Assembly: GCA_028870995.1 (NCBI GenBank)
Contig: JAGWOI010000002.1
Location: 46,463 to 110,462 of the forward strand
DNA length: 64,000 nt
Direction: 5' to 3'
From: Candidatus Omnitrophota bacterium
Lineage (GTDB): Bacteria > Omnitrophota > Gorgyraeia > Zapsychrales > Fredricksoniimonadaceae
Shown here: positions 32,497 to 43,900 of the stretch, in pieces
Layout of the letters: every line of letters begins with the position of its first letter
How positions within the stretch are numbered: the first letter of the stretch is position 1
Translations under genes and position numbers: made by a program
Notes under the pieces: model-generated
Database searches by the model: none
Told to the model about the DNA's origin: nothing
Seen by the model: the letters and a program-made list of their open reading frames with translations, nothing else

Positions 32497-35442
32497 ATGC
32501 GTTATCTATGGTTCTTAATTATGTTGATTATCATTCCAGCCGCGGCGTCGGCCGAGGGCTGCACGTTGAATGGCAACAACATTTGTGTGGCCTGTCCCTC
32601 TCAATGCAGCATGGCAAGCGGAACATGTTCCTGCACACCTGGAACGACCGTGACGCTCATAGCTACGATCGGCAGCGGGACCCCTTCTCAGAGGATATCT
32701 TTTTATAATAATGGGGCCTTGCTGGGCCAGGGGATTTTCCAATCCTGCACCACCGGTTCATGCACAGCCTGCACAACCAGCGATCCGTGCACCTATACCT
32801 ATGATTTTAATATGCCGGGATGTGCGGTCGGCACGCCCTGTCCGGCGTATTCTATTACCGCCTCTACCAGCAGCACCAATGCTACAGGGTCAAATACCAA
32901 CGGTCCCATTGATCTGGTCGGCAGCAATGAATACCCGAATTTTAAATATGACGGAACGAATTTTAATCCCGCGCTGGACCATAATTTTTCTCATAACAGT
33001 ACCGACTATTGGGTGGCCGGGGACAACCAGATGTGTATGACCAACTGGCCTTATAACGGCAAGACAGCGGCTTTTCCCGACGGAACCTGCGAATGGTTTG
33101 ACGGTCCTGCCCCCTGCAGCGGGAGCGCATGCACCAGCGCCTCCAGGACGCCCTCCCCTCAAAGCACGGTATCCAGCCTCAATGATGTGCTGCACACCTT
33201 TTCGGATTTTGACAAATTCGCCCAATCGATCCTCGGCAAGAGCCTGGAGACCACCACCTCGAGCTTTCACAGCATCTACACGCAAATTGCTGCGTGGGTC
33301 GCTCCCCAATGCGGTTCAGGCAGTTGTCAGCAGGTTAAATGTGCCGACGGCAGCACATGCGGCGCCAACGGGCTGTGCGGGGACGGGGTAACAACCTGCG
33401 ATGCCTGCGCTTTCAACAGGGACAACTGCAACCCCGATGGCCCGGGACGGCTGCTGAGTATTTACAATCCCTATGTGAGCCCGCCGGTGGACAAGCTTAA
33501 AGATTGGAATACAGTCATCACCAGCTGGTTGAATACATCCTTTACCGCAAGCGGGGCCACCAGCAAAATAAGCGGATCTAGTTCTTCCAATCCCGCCGAA
33601 TGGTGTCTGCCCGAAAGAACGGACATGGCTTCCGATGCAACAGAACTTTATTATATCGATAAGAATGCACCGACGGGGACGTGGGGCGACCTTCCGCATG
33701 TGCTGGCCTGTCTAAAATACAATGCCGGTCCCACCAGCGCAGAAACGGCGAACTATTCAGCCTGCGCAAATTCCCTGGTGACCAACAATAGCTGCCTGGA
33801 GAATTTGCCCTCGTCATGTTCGCCGACGGTTTTGTCGACCCCGCTTTTGCCGGCCCCGTCCTTTACTGTCACAGACAGCAACAGGTGTAATGTGTGCAAA
33901 GACGGCAGCTTATGCGGCAGCGGCGGCACAGACAAATGCCAGGACGGCAGCGCCTGTGTCGAGGGGACCTATGCGGACTGGGTGGCCAATCAGTACAGGT
34001 ACGGACCCATTTATAATTACCAAACCTGCTTGAATGTACTTAACGGCGGCTGCGATGACGGCAGCGTCTGCGGCAGCGGCGGGACCAATCCCAATAAATG
34101 TGCAAACGGTAAGACATGCGGCCCCTGCGGCACGACCAATAATTCTTATGCGTCGCAGTCAAGTGTCTGCGCCGCATCGGTGCTGGGACGCTCCTTGACC
34201 GCGGCCTACAGCGGAAGCCGCGGCTGTAACAACACCTTTAAAACCTGGGTCCAGAACAACCTCACGCTTTTTAACGATGAAAGTCCCAAATTCGCCTTGC
34301 GTTATGCGTACCTCAAGGACGTCTATGACAGGGCTATTACACTGCAGCGGATAACCGCTGATGCGGACTATGCACTGCACAACTTCTTTAAGCCCTGCAG
34401 CGGATGCGCCTACGGTAATTGCGGGGACGGCGGCCCTAACAAATGTGGCGACGGCAGCGCGTGCGGGCAGTCGTTATGCCCGGACAACACCACCTGCAGC
34501 TCCGACAGCGATTGCAGCAACGGCGGCTCATGCAATCAATGCGCCGACGGCGGACCGGTGGCCCAGATCATGTATGCACGGACCCAGAAAAAGACCACTG
34601 CCACCCTGCCGAATTCGGTCATCTATGGATGGAGAGACAAGCCCACCTTGGGGCAGTCGCCGTGCGGAACTGCCTGTTCGGACAACAGCCTGTGCGGCAG
34701 CGGCGGCACAGGCAAATGTCAGAACGGCAGCGCGTGCCAGCCGCTGGGCTGCGAGCACATTGTCAGGGTCACGGCCTTCTCGCCCGGCCGCACCGGCGGT
34801 AACGGCGTCTTTCAAGACAGGCTGCCGTGGATCGATTCCTATACTTCCGATTGGGGATTCACGCAGAACTATGAATTGACCCAGCGTGACGGTTATGTGT
34901 ACGTCGGGATAGAGCGCTGGGACCAGCCCCATACCAGTGCGGTGGCCTTCCCTAACAAACGTTCTTTGTGGCAATTCATGTTTACGAATCCAGGAGCTGC
35001 CCAATCCAACATTTCTCAAGACACGGATCCCATCGATGCCTGTTCAACGACGGCGTATTCCCAGTTCGGCCTTCCGGCAGGCCAGAAAATAGGACTTGGC
35101 ATCACGCAGCAAATGGCAGAAGGGCTGGCTTATTATAGCAGCAAGGGCCAGTTATTGGCGCCGGATGTGGATGCACTGGGCGGGGCATTTATGCTTAACG
35201 ACAGGTCTAATGGAGGGAGGATCGATCCTTTTGCCGTCGCACATGGGGCCGGCGTCGGCGGAGACTGCACGCGGGCGGTTTCGGCCTTGCTGGAAATGGG
35301 GGTCAAGAGCCATGCCTGCGCCAGGTATGTGGCGGACATCAGGTGTCCTGCCGGAGGGTCGGACTCGGGAGCGGGCGATTATTGCATTCAGTTTGTCGAC
35401 TGCAATAAATTGGGCAGCACACCGACCAGTGACGGCCCTTAA
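32497..35442 (+). CDS. Secreted Cys-rich repeat protein (putative adhesin)
   Basis: Sec-type signal (MRYLWFLIMLIIIPAAASA), an Ig-like segment and five dispersed CxDGSxCG(SGG)..KCx[DN]G..C modules. Confidence 0.75.
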   Translation: MRYLWFLIMLIIIPAAASAEGCTLNGNNICVACPSQCSMASGTCSCTPGTTVTLIATIGSGTPSQRISFYNNGALLGQGIFQSCTTGSCTACTTSDPCTYTYDFNMPGCAVGTPCPAYSITASTSSTNATGSNTNGPIDLVGSNEYPNFKYDGTNFNPALDHNFSHNSTDYWVAGDNQMCMTNWPYNGKTAAFPDGTCEWFDGPAPCSGSACTSASRTPSPQSTVSSLNDVLHTFSDFDKFAQSILGKSLETTTSSFHSIYTQIAAWVAPQCGSGSCQQVKCADGSTCGANGLCGDGVTTCDACAFNRDNCNPDGPGRLLSIYNPYVSPPVDKLKDWNTVITSWLNTSFTASGATSKISGSSSSNPAEWCLPERTDMASDATELYYIDKNAPTGTWGDLPHVLACLKYNAGPTSAETANYSACANSLVTNNSCLENLPSSCSPTVLSTPLLPAPSFTVTDSNRCNVCKDGSLCGSGGTDKCQDGSACVEGTYADWVANQYRYGPIYNYQTCLNVLNGGCDDGSVCGSGGTNPNKCANGKTCGPCGTTNNSYASQSSVCAASVLGRSLTAAYSGSRGCNNTFKTWVQNNLTLFNDESPKFALRYAYLKDVYDRAITLQRITADADYALHNFFKPCSGCAYGNCGDGGPNKCGDGSACGQSLCPDNTTCSSDSDCSNGGSCNQCADGGPVAQIMYARTQKKTTATLPNSVIYGWRDKPTLGQSPCGTACSDNSLCGSGGTGKCQNGSACQPLGCEHIVRVTAFSPGRTGGNGVFQDRLPWIDSYTSDWGFTQNYELTQRDGYVYVGIERWDQPHTSAVAFPNKRSLWQFMFTNPGAAQSNISQDTDPIDACSTTAYSQFGLPAGQKIGLGITQQMAEGLAYYSSKGQLLAPDVDALGGAFMLNDRSNGGRIDPFAVAHGAGVGGDCTRAVSALLEMGVKSHACARYVADIRCPAGGSDSGAGDYCIQFVDCNKLGSTPTSDGP

Positions 35443-35454
35443 CAAAGGCTTGTT

Positions 35455-35796
35455 ATGCGAATAACCAATAAAAAAGCGGCTTCCATTCTCGAGTTCGTGG
35501 GGCTTTTTCTTATCATCATCACGGCCTTTCTGATCATGAGAAACTACATCCAGCGGGGCATTTACGGCGCCTCAGCCAAGGCCGGCCGAAGTTTTGCGTA
35601 CGGCAGGCAATATGACCCTCAAAAAACTATTGAATGCGCCTTTGATGACGTCACCAACCAGTGGTATGATTATAATTGCTTTGAATATTATAAAAGCCTG
35701 GACGGCTGTAACAATGTCAGCTGTAGAACAAATATTATCGTTAATAATTGTGGAGCAACCAGCGGCAGTTATTGCAATAATTTAGGAGCCCCCTAG
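35455..35796 (+). CDS. Tad pilin-like protein
   Basis: KKA|ASILEFVGLFLIIITAFLIMRNYIQRGIYG...RQYDP; Cys-containing tail. Confidence 0.8.
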   Translation: MRITNKKAASILEFVGLFLIIITAFLIMRNYIQRGIYGASAKAGRSFAYGRQYDPQKTIECAFDDVTNQWYDYNCFEYYKSLDGCNNVSCRTNIIVNNCGATSGSYCNNLGAP

Positions 35797-35814
35797 AACC
35801 TAAGACCATAGTTT

Positions 35815-36675
35815 ATGATCCTCATTGTTTCTTTGGCCTTATTATTCGCATCAGTTTACCTGCTGGTCGTCAACCTTGCCCCGCTGGCCGCTGCCAAATA
35901 CAACCAGATCAATGAAACGCAGGCCCAGTCGGTCGTCGGGAAGGTGGACCGGTACCTGCGCGAGGATGAAATCAAGAAGCTCTACCGTCTGACCGTATTT
36001 GGTCCGGTGGCCATAGGGATCGTCGGTTTTATCGTCTTTCCCGGGGATACCCATTGGGCAGGGCTTTTGATCGGTGCCGTCTGCGGGTTTATCCTGCCGC
36101 GCATGTATGTCAACCATTTGGTCAAGGGCCGCGCCAAAAAATTCGATGACCAGCTGATCGACGCCATCATGATCATGTCCAGTTCTTTCCGCGGAGGCTT
36201 GAGTCTGGTGCAGGCCTTTGAATCGGTTGCCGACGAGATGCCTGATCCAGCCAAAGGCGAATTCGGCATCGTTTTGGGGGAGAACAAAATGGGCGTGTCT
36301 TTGGACGAATCCCTTAACCGGTTTTACCGGCGCATGCCTTCTCCGGCCATGCAGCAGATGGTGACCGCCATTTTGCTGGCGCGCGAGACAGGCGGCAACC
36401 TGCCGGTCATTTTCTCACGCATCGTCAACAGCACCCGAGAACGCAAAAAAATAGAAAAGAACCTGCAGACCCTTACCCTTCAAGGCAAGATCCAGGCTCT
36501 TGTCATGACCGGCCTGCCCATATTTTTCTTTTTTACCGTCTCAGGATCGAACCCTCATTTTTTTGACACCATGCTTAATTCGGAGATGGGGCACAAACTT
36601 CTTATTATTTGCGCAGTCTTATGGATATTAGGGGCGTTAACCGTCATGAAAATATCGACGTTCAAGGATTTCTAA
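35815..36675 (+). CDS. tadB: Tad inner-membrane platform protein TadB
   Basis: FDDQLIDAIMIMSSSFRGGLSLVQA...P..GEF...ETGGNL...TLQGKIQA (T2SSF fold). Confidence 0.92.
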   Translation: MILIVSLALLFASVYLLVVNLAPLAAAKYNQINETQAQSVVGKVDRYLREDEIKKLYRLTVFGPVAIGIVGFIVFPGDTHWAGLLIGAVCGFILPRMYVNHLVKGRAKKFDDQLIDAIMIMSSSFRGGLSLVQAFESVADEMPDPAKGEFGIVLGENKMGVSLDESLNRFYRRMPSPAMQQMVTAILLARETGGNLPVIFSRIVNSTRERKKIEKNLQTLTLQGKIQALVMTGLPIFFFFTVSGSNPHFFDTMLNSEMGHKLLIICAVLWILGALTVMKISTFKDF

Positions 36676-36676
36676 T

Positions 36677-37585
36677 ATGGCCCTAGCCCTTTTGCTTTTT
36701 TTTCTGGCTGGTTTTGGTCTGATCATTGGGATTTGGCCTCTGGCCATCGATAACCGGCCAACATTAAAGATGTCCGATGATCCCTTTGCGGATTTAAGAC
36801 CGACGGGCGCGCCGGTTAAAAGGAAGGGGCTGGCGGCCGCATTCTCGGCAGTGACCGGCAAGCTGGCCATATTCAACCGGCCCCTGGCAGCCTCCTCTAC
36901 GGGCAGGCGCATGTTTAAGGACCTGTCCACCGCCCGGATCAACATGTCGGTCGAAGAGTTTTTTCTTCTTAAGGAGATCCTGGTAGGCGGCATGGTCCTG
37001 CTGGCTTTCAAGCTGGGCAGCGGCAGCGATTTCTTTACATTTTCTCTCTTGATGAGCATTGCCTTGGGCTACATGCTCCCGGAAATGTGGCTTAAATCGC
37101 GGATCAAGAGGATCAAGGATGATATTCTGAGGAATTTGCCCGATACTGTGGACCTGTTGGGGCTTTGCGTCAATGCCGGGCTGGATTTTATGATGGCGTT
37201 AAAGTACGTGGTCGAAAAATCAAAACCCACCGTCATTATTGACGAGCTAAGAAATATGATGCAGGAGATCAATGTAGGCAAGCCCAGAAGGGATGCCTTA
37301 AGGGACCTGGCCAAGCGCTATGACCTGCCTGATTTGTCCACCTTTTCCCGTACCTTGATCCAGGCTGACCGCATGGGAACTTCGGTTACAGAAGCGCTCA
37401 ACATCCTCTCTGAGGACATGCGTGAGGCCCGTTTCAGGAGAGGGGAAGCGTTGGCTCTAAAAGCCCCTTTAAAGATGATGATACCTCTGCTCTTTTTTAT
37501 TTTCCCTGTGGTGGCCATATTGGTTGCAGGTCCAGTATTCTTAGACTTCTTCCAAAACAATCCTCTCAAAAACCTTGGTCATTAA
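36677..37585 (+). CDS. tadC: Tad inner-membrane platform protein TadC
   Basis: LPDTVDLLGLCVNAGLDF...QADRMGTSV...KAPLKMMIPLLFFIFP. Confidence 0.92.
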   Translation: MALALLLFFLAGFGLIIGIWPLAIDNRPTLKMSDDPFADLRPTGAPVKRKGLAAAFSAVTGKLAIFNRPLAASSTGRRMFKDLSTARINMSVEEFFLLKEILVGGMVLLAFKLGSGSDFFTFSLLMSIALGYMLPEMWLKSRIKRIKDDILRNLPDTVDLLGLCVNAGLDFMMALKYVVEKSKPTVIIDELRNMMQEINVGKPRRDALRDLAKRYDLPDLSTFSRTLIQADRMGTSVTEALNILSEDMREARFRRGEALALKAPLKMMIPLLFFIFPVVAILVAGPVFLDFFQNNPLKNLGH

Positions 37586-37664
37586 TTCAGAGTGGAAATT
37601 ATAAATATCCATTCTGAATGGAAATTTAGATTTTAATATCCAATCTGAAATAAATATCCATTCT
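37586..37664. repeat. Cluster of direct and inverted AAT[A/T]TCCA.TCTGAA repeats
   Basis: Direct copies at 37604-37618, 37635-37649 and 37653-37664; inverted copies at 37586-37600 and 37612-37626. Confidence 0.7.
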
Positions 37665-37870
37665 ACTTAACATCTCCCGCTGGAAACGGTCTTATTCCTT
37701 TTATTGCTTCTAAAGCATAAATTTTGTTCCAAATCAACGTTTTTGGCTTAGAAAGCGCTTTCTATACTTTAATTTAGAAAAAATAATATCCCTTTTACAA
37801 TGAATTTTTATTATTTTTTCATTAAGGACAAAACTATTTGAAATATATGGGGTTATATCTCAATCTAAAT

Positions 37871-37899
37871 TTGCCAAAAGGTGGTCATCTGTATATAAT
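37871..37899 (+). promoter_or_regulatory. Putative sigma70 promoter of the giant gene
   Basis: TTGCCA-N17-TATAAT. Confidence 0.6.
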
Positions 37900-37953
37900 A
37901 TGCTATACTTCAGGTGTCGACGACAAATCAGTCCCTTTGAAGCACCTGAAAAC

Positions 37954-40900
37954 ATGAGCCAAGACTTGGAAAACACATCTGACATGCCCCAAGAGCAGAA
38001 GCAGAATTTTCCTGAAGCTCAAGAAAATTTTGCTGATTCCGTTGTTTTGGCCCCCCAAACACCTGCAGCAGACGCCACCCCTTTTGTCAGCCGCTTCAAT
38101 CAATGGATGAAGGTTATCGCTATAGTAGTTCTGGCGGCCTTTGTCCCTAATCAGGCCAGCTGGGCTTTTGGATATAACCCGTCCGTGCTTTACCGGAACC
38201 TGCCGGTTGCTCCTGTGCAGGATGAAGAAGGTATCGTCTTACCCCAACCGGCCATGCCGGGCGTTCAGGTTGCGGACAGCATGGAGTATTTGCTTAAGCA
38301 AATCCAGAACAAGCCCAAGCTGCGTCTGGAGCTTAACCTGAATGCCGGTTCCAAGGCGCACACCTTGGAAATCGATACCAAAACGACTTTTACTCCTGAC
38401 AAGATCACCCGGATTTCACAATGGCTGAAGACGCCCAATTTGAACGTGCTTAATTGCGGCGTGTATGCCCTGAAAGATATTTTAGAAGCCAACGGTATTA
38501 AGCGTTCCTTGCAGGAAGTTTCGGTGATGACCCTGTCCGTGGACATCATGGCGGACATCATCAAGGTGGGCGAGCCGAAATTAAAAACCACCCTTTTTGC
38601 CATCAACAAGACAGCCCAAGCGCTGGGGCTTAAGTACCAGAGCCTGAAGGTTTTGCCGCAAGATGAATTGAATCTGCCGACACCTTTTATTGCCCATTTT
38701 AAGAATGAGCATTTTGTGACGGTCCAGAAAGCCGTGGGCGGCGAAGTTTACTATACCGATCTTGATTATCCGCATATCGTCAAAGCTGGGGATTTCCTGA
38801 AAAATGCCGATGGGTTTGTTTTGGCTCAACCAACAGAAGGCATAACCGCTAAAGCCGTTCCCGAATCTCTGCAAGCCTTTGTTTGGGGCGATAAATGGCG
38901 CGACATGTCCCAGAACCTGCCGGGGATCGTGTCCGGAGCTCAGCTGGGCATTCAAATAGCCATCTTAGTTCTTAGGATTGTTTTGAGTTTTGTTCCGTAT
39001 GTGGGCACAGGCATCGAGTTTGCCATGTTTGCTTATGAAGTCAGTCAATTGGCCCAAGCCTTGGCTACCATCTGTGTCATGAAGGGCGCTTGCAGCCAGG
39101 ATGAAGCCTTTCTTCTAAGCACAGCCATTACAGCAGCTTTTACCTCGGGTTCAGTATTAGGTTTTGCCATGTCCATTGGAGAAGCGTATATGGACAAGGA
39201 AATTATTGAAGCCATCAACAGCGCGATCTGCCCTCATCCCAGCCAATGCAGTGATACGAGTTTAATCCTTGAGTCAGCGGCAGACGTGGCGGCCACCTCC
39301 GTTGCCAATGCAGCGGCAAACGCCGTGGCGAGTGCGGTTGCGGACGCGGTCAGCAATGCAGTTTCTTCCGGTTCCGGCACAGATCCTAATTCGGGCGGCC
39401 CTGGACCTTCTAATAATGGAAGTCCAGGAAGCGGGCCAAGTCAAAATCCTCCGGCCAACAACGCGCCGGCCTCTAATCCAGGATTAACCGGCCCGGCCGG
39501 AAGTCCTGTATCAAGCCCGACAAGCCCCACACCGACAACTACGCCGACGCCCCTGTGGGCTGACCTGCTCGGAGTAGGCAATAATTCCTCGTCTCCTTCC
39601 GTTGCCCGTCCGACCAATTTTTTTGAAGACTTTGGAGACAGGCTGGAAGCCTCTTTTTATCAGCAACTCCCGCAGGTGGTGGGCGACGTCGCGGGGATGA
39701 CGGCAAGGCTCATTGCCTATAAAGCATTCGGGGTTAAAGCCAATGATAATGTTTCCCAGGCGCTGGGGCTGGCTTTCAATGCCGTGGGTCAGTTAGCCGG
39801 AGAAGAGATTGATCATGAGATATCCTCAACAAACCCAAACAACCCATATCGCAATGGGATCAGCAGTCAGCAGCTTTGGGGGACGGTCATTAAGGCCTCC
39901 ATTGATTTGGGCATGGGGTTCGCGGCGGATGCGGCGATTGGCAAATATGACGATAAAAAGGCCAAGGAGAATGCCGCCTATGCCAATAACTATGCTTATC
40001 AACAGGCGGAGTTTTTCGGAATCGTAGCCTTGACTGCCAGCGCCGCCATGGCAGGCTACATGGCATTGACCACAGATGTGCCCGCAAATTCCGTGACAGG
40101 TAAGAAACCCGGGTTCTTGGATAAGTTTGGACTGGCCCTATTTGCTCCAGGGGAGTTGGCGGCGTCGGCTGTTACCACTGATATCAACGGCAAACCCGTT
40201 ACGGTCACTCAAAATATAGATAGCAATACTCCTTCAGTTTTAGGAAGCACGGCCGTCAATTTCGGCGGCATGAATTATGCCGTACAAAGCGTGGCACCCG
40301 GAACTCCTTATTCGGAGGTGTCAGGGACAGCGCCCGGATCCGGATTTACGGATGTTTGGCAAGTCGATCCTCAAACCGGCAAAAGCTTTCTTAAAGTAGA
40401 TGGGCTTGGCAATTACATGAACTTTATGCAGGTCCAGGGGCAAATGACAGGATGGACTCCTGAAAGGGTCGCAGGCGATGACATGTCCTGGAATGAGATG
40501 AAAAAGAATAATAAGGCGGTCTATAATGCTCCAGGTCATTTTGACGGTCTTATTTCATATACGCCGGCCACCCCCGCTGCTTCCGATAGTGAATTGCATG
40601 ACCAATTCCTGCTTGGCGAATTCGAATCCCGCTCTATCGGGATGCCCGGCCTTGCCCCTGATTATATCGCTGGACAATTTCAGGAAGCGGCAAACGAGGG
40701 GGCATTTAATGCATTCTCGTTAGGTATGTATGCAATTGCTGACAGGATGGCCAAAGAATATACTCCAACAGGAGTAGACCACTTGCAAAACGGGATAAAT
40801 GTCTATAGTACCGGGGATGCAGCTGGCGGCACCGTGGTTGGCGGAGATTATAACGCGCAGACCAATACTTTAACAGTTGCCCCAATGAGAGATTTCTTGT

Positions 40901-43900
40901 TAAGCATAGGGCTTCCGGATTTTCAGTTTGCTGCTACCGAGAGCGGTCAGCTTGCTATTGGCCAGGCCCATAAGGATTTGAATAAGGGGCTTTATTTTGA
41001 AGGCGAGACATCTGGCGGAGAGCAGGTAAATCAAAGTTTAAATGGCCCCGAGAAAACTTTAGAAAGGGGAACCCTTCAACCCTCAAATAGCAATATTCAA
41101 ATGTTTTCTCCGGCAATGTTTGCCGGATCTTTGCCTGCGGCAGGTTCTAACAATGAGGAACCCACAACGATCAAGCCGGACTCTAATCAGGAGGAGCCTA
41201 CGGCGATCAAGTCAGACGAGGGAACAAATACTTTGCAAGGAGCGCCTCTAAACGGGTCGGCTAACAAAGCCGAACAGAATCCCGCTCAAAACACCAATGA
41301 CCAGCAGAAGCCGTGGACAGTTTATCTTTCACCCGTACAAAACAATTCAACTGGGGCTCAGCAGGGAGTAGCTGTTCCCACAGCGGACGTTTTGGAGGGC
41401 AAGGTCAATCCTTCCGATCCTTTGTCCATCGCAAATTATATTGTACATGGCGGAGTGGTGTTCATGGTCAATTCTCCGGGCTCCACTTCAGACGCTCCGT
41501 TTTCAATCATTTCAGGGTTCGCTTCATTTAATACGCCCGCAGGAGGCAGGGGAACTTTAGCGGTTGTCAATGGCGGCCTTGATTATATGCCATTCAATGC
41601 TTTTTATGGGGCAACGGGCATGACAACTAAGGTGATTTCCGGCAATGGCGCTGCGGGCGGTTCCCAACAGACCACGGTATCCGTGCCGGGAGCGCCGATT
41701 GCTCCGGGCGCCGGCGGTTTCGGTCTTTTGAACAACGGTTCTTCTGAGGGGCAAGACATCAACTCTCCCGAGACACAATCTCCTTCAACCAGCACCACTC
41801 AGTCTGCGCAAGGAAACAATGGTCAGGCGACCTCAAATGTCGGTCAGGGCATTCAAGCCCTCGGAGAAGTGGCATCTTTGTTTGGGCTTCCGGGGGGTAG
41901 TTTAATATCAAGTATCGGTGCAGGAATCAACAATGTCATCGCCGGCGAAGCGACACAATCGGCGTCGCCCAACACCACCACCAAGGGAATACTTCAGACT
42001 TTTGGAAGCGGCATGGCGGAGAATGGCTCTCCTATCATTGGCGGGCTAGTGGCGGCATTAGGCAATAAGATTGACCAGGAAGGCGCTTCCAATACCGGCA
42101 CATCAGACAAAGAAGTTTTGGCGGCTCTGGAGACGGCGAAAAAGAGCGGCGGGCTTATCCCTCCGACCGATGCCCAGATCAAGGTGGCATTGGCCAAGGG
42201 ATTCATTCAACTGGATGCTGAGGGGAACCTTCCTTATGTATACAGACCATGGGGCTCTTCTCAAGCTGGTCTTGCCCCGCAGGCCGGAGGGTTAAATAAT
42301 CCATATGCCGCCAGCGGCCCGACTTTTTGGGGAACTGTTGCCAACGATTGGGCCCATCCCTGGGCCAATGTGGATCAGATTAAAGCGCTGAGAACACAAT
42401 ACTTCCCTCAGGGAGCAACGGACCAACAATTAGTTTATGTAGCTACAAGCGATGATCCGCAGGCAGTGGCCGCTAGAAATAAATTTGTCGGCGCCGGGCT
42501 AGAATCATTCCGGTTGAGCAATGGCACTGAAGTGGCGCTTAAGGGGGCTGTTCTTAATTTTAATCCGGGAGACACTGGAGAATACCTTGCGGCCCTTCCG
42601 TCAACCGGGAATGCGTATGCCTTTTATGGCAACTACAATTTTAAAACGCAGGGAAACCTAAACGGCGTTTCACAAATAGTGCCGGTCCTTGTCAGCAATG
42701 AATGGCAGCAGGGATTAGGCCAGCCTGGAACAGAGGGACAGGGCGGTCTAGTGGCAGCAAATGTTCAACAGGCGCTTTATAAAATGGAAGGTGCAAGTGC
42801 TGCCAAGAATCAGATTGTCAATGCAACGGTTCCCGTTAATATGCTCGCGGGGACACAGATTCCTGAGCCAACGCCCGGCCTTACGGTTGATTACAATTCA
42901 GGCAATGTCCTGGCCGCACCTGGTATTGTTCAGGAGGCAAACTCGTTCGGGACAATGACAACAATGAACGGAAAAACATCCTCTCCGTTGGCGCTGGACT
43001 CTTATGCCATAGCAGGCAACGGGAAGGATTTGATTGTCGGCAATGGGCAGCTTCCCGGCAAAGCCTTTGTAGGCTATCCAGGACTGCAGAACAACGATGC
43101 TTCCGTAGGTGAGAAAACCAGCTATACCACCAGTGCTAACTTTTCCTTAGCGCCGACAAACAGCCGTGCAGTGGGTGCGGGAGAAGGATATTTCCAATTC
43201 GCCATCCAGGGCATAAATTGGGCAAAGCCGGATGTCGCTCAAAAGGTCGGCGTGCAGGACATCAACTTTACTCCCGGCGCAATGGTAGAGCGGACTAACG
43301 GGGCATACGAATTTCCATTATTACCGGGCAAGACGGTTACCGGCAAGGGGGTTTTGCAGTACATTCTTCCAACAGCCCACAATAGTTTCGGGATTAAACC
43401 CTTAACAGGTGCACCGGAAACTTTTATTAAAAACACTGCTTTCGAGGCAGTTGTGGCTCCCGCTGACAAAACCATCATCAACGGCAACATTGATGCCAAT
43501 GTTAAGTTTGGATACGGCTGGAACGGAACTTCAAACGCTTGGGATGTATCTGCGGCTCAAAGTCAAGTTGATAAAAATTCTGTATTGACCAGCGGAGTCG
43601 ATCACCGCACGGCACTTGCCCGGCTTTGGTCTTCCCAGGGAGCTTGGGGTTTTGTTGCGACACCCACGGATGACTCAAGTACTTTTATTGTTCACGCTTC
43701 CGGCCCGGCGCAAGCTTTAACCGTGACACCGTCATTGCCATCGGCCGTGCCGGCCAATCCTCCTGCACAACAACCCTATCAAGGCATCCGGCTAGGAGAT
43801 GTTTATCAAATCTACGGAGCAGTGGATTTGAATCCTTCCGCGGACAGGATCCTTTTGGGGACAGGGACACAGCTGCCAATAGTATTAATGAGGAATGCCA

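Noticed and set aside
32460-32500. Frameshift or readthrough joining the 29730 and 32497 genes
   Set aside because: The second gene has its own purine-rich RBS region and signal peptide, and no slippery site is evident.
37586-37664. CRISPR array
   Set aside because: Repeats are about 15 nt, irregularly spaced and in mixed orientation, with no spacers or cas genes.
41155-41217. Short duplication EEPTTIKPDS / EEPTAIKSDE
   Set aside because: Real, but only two copies in a low-complexity linker; no functional inference possible.
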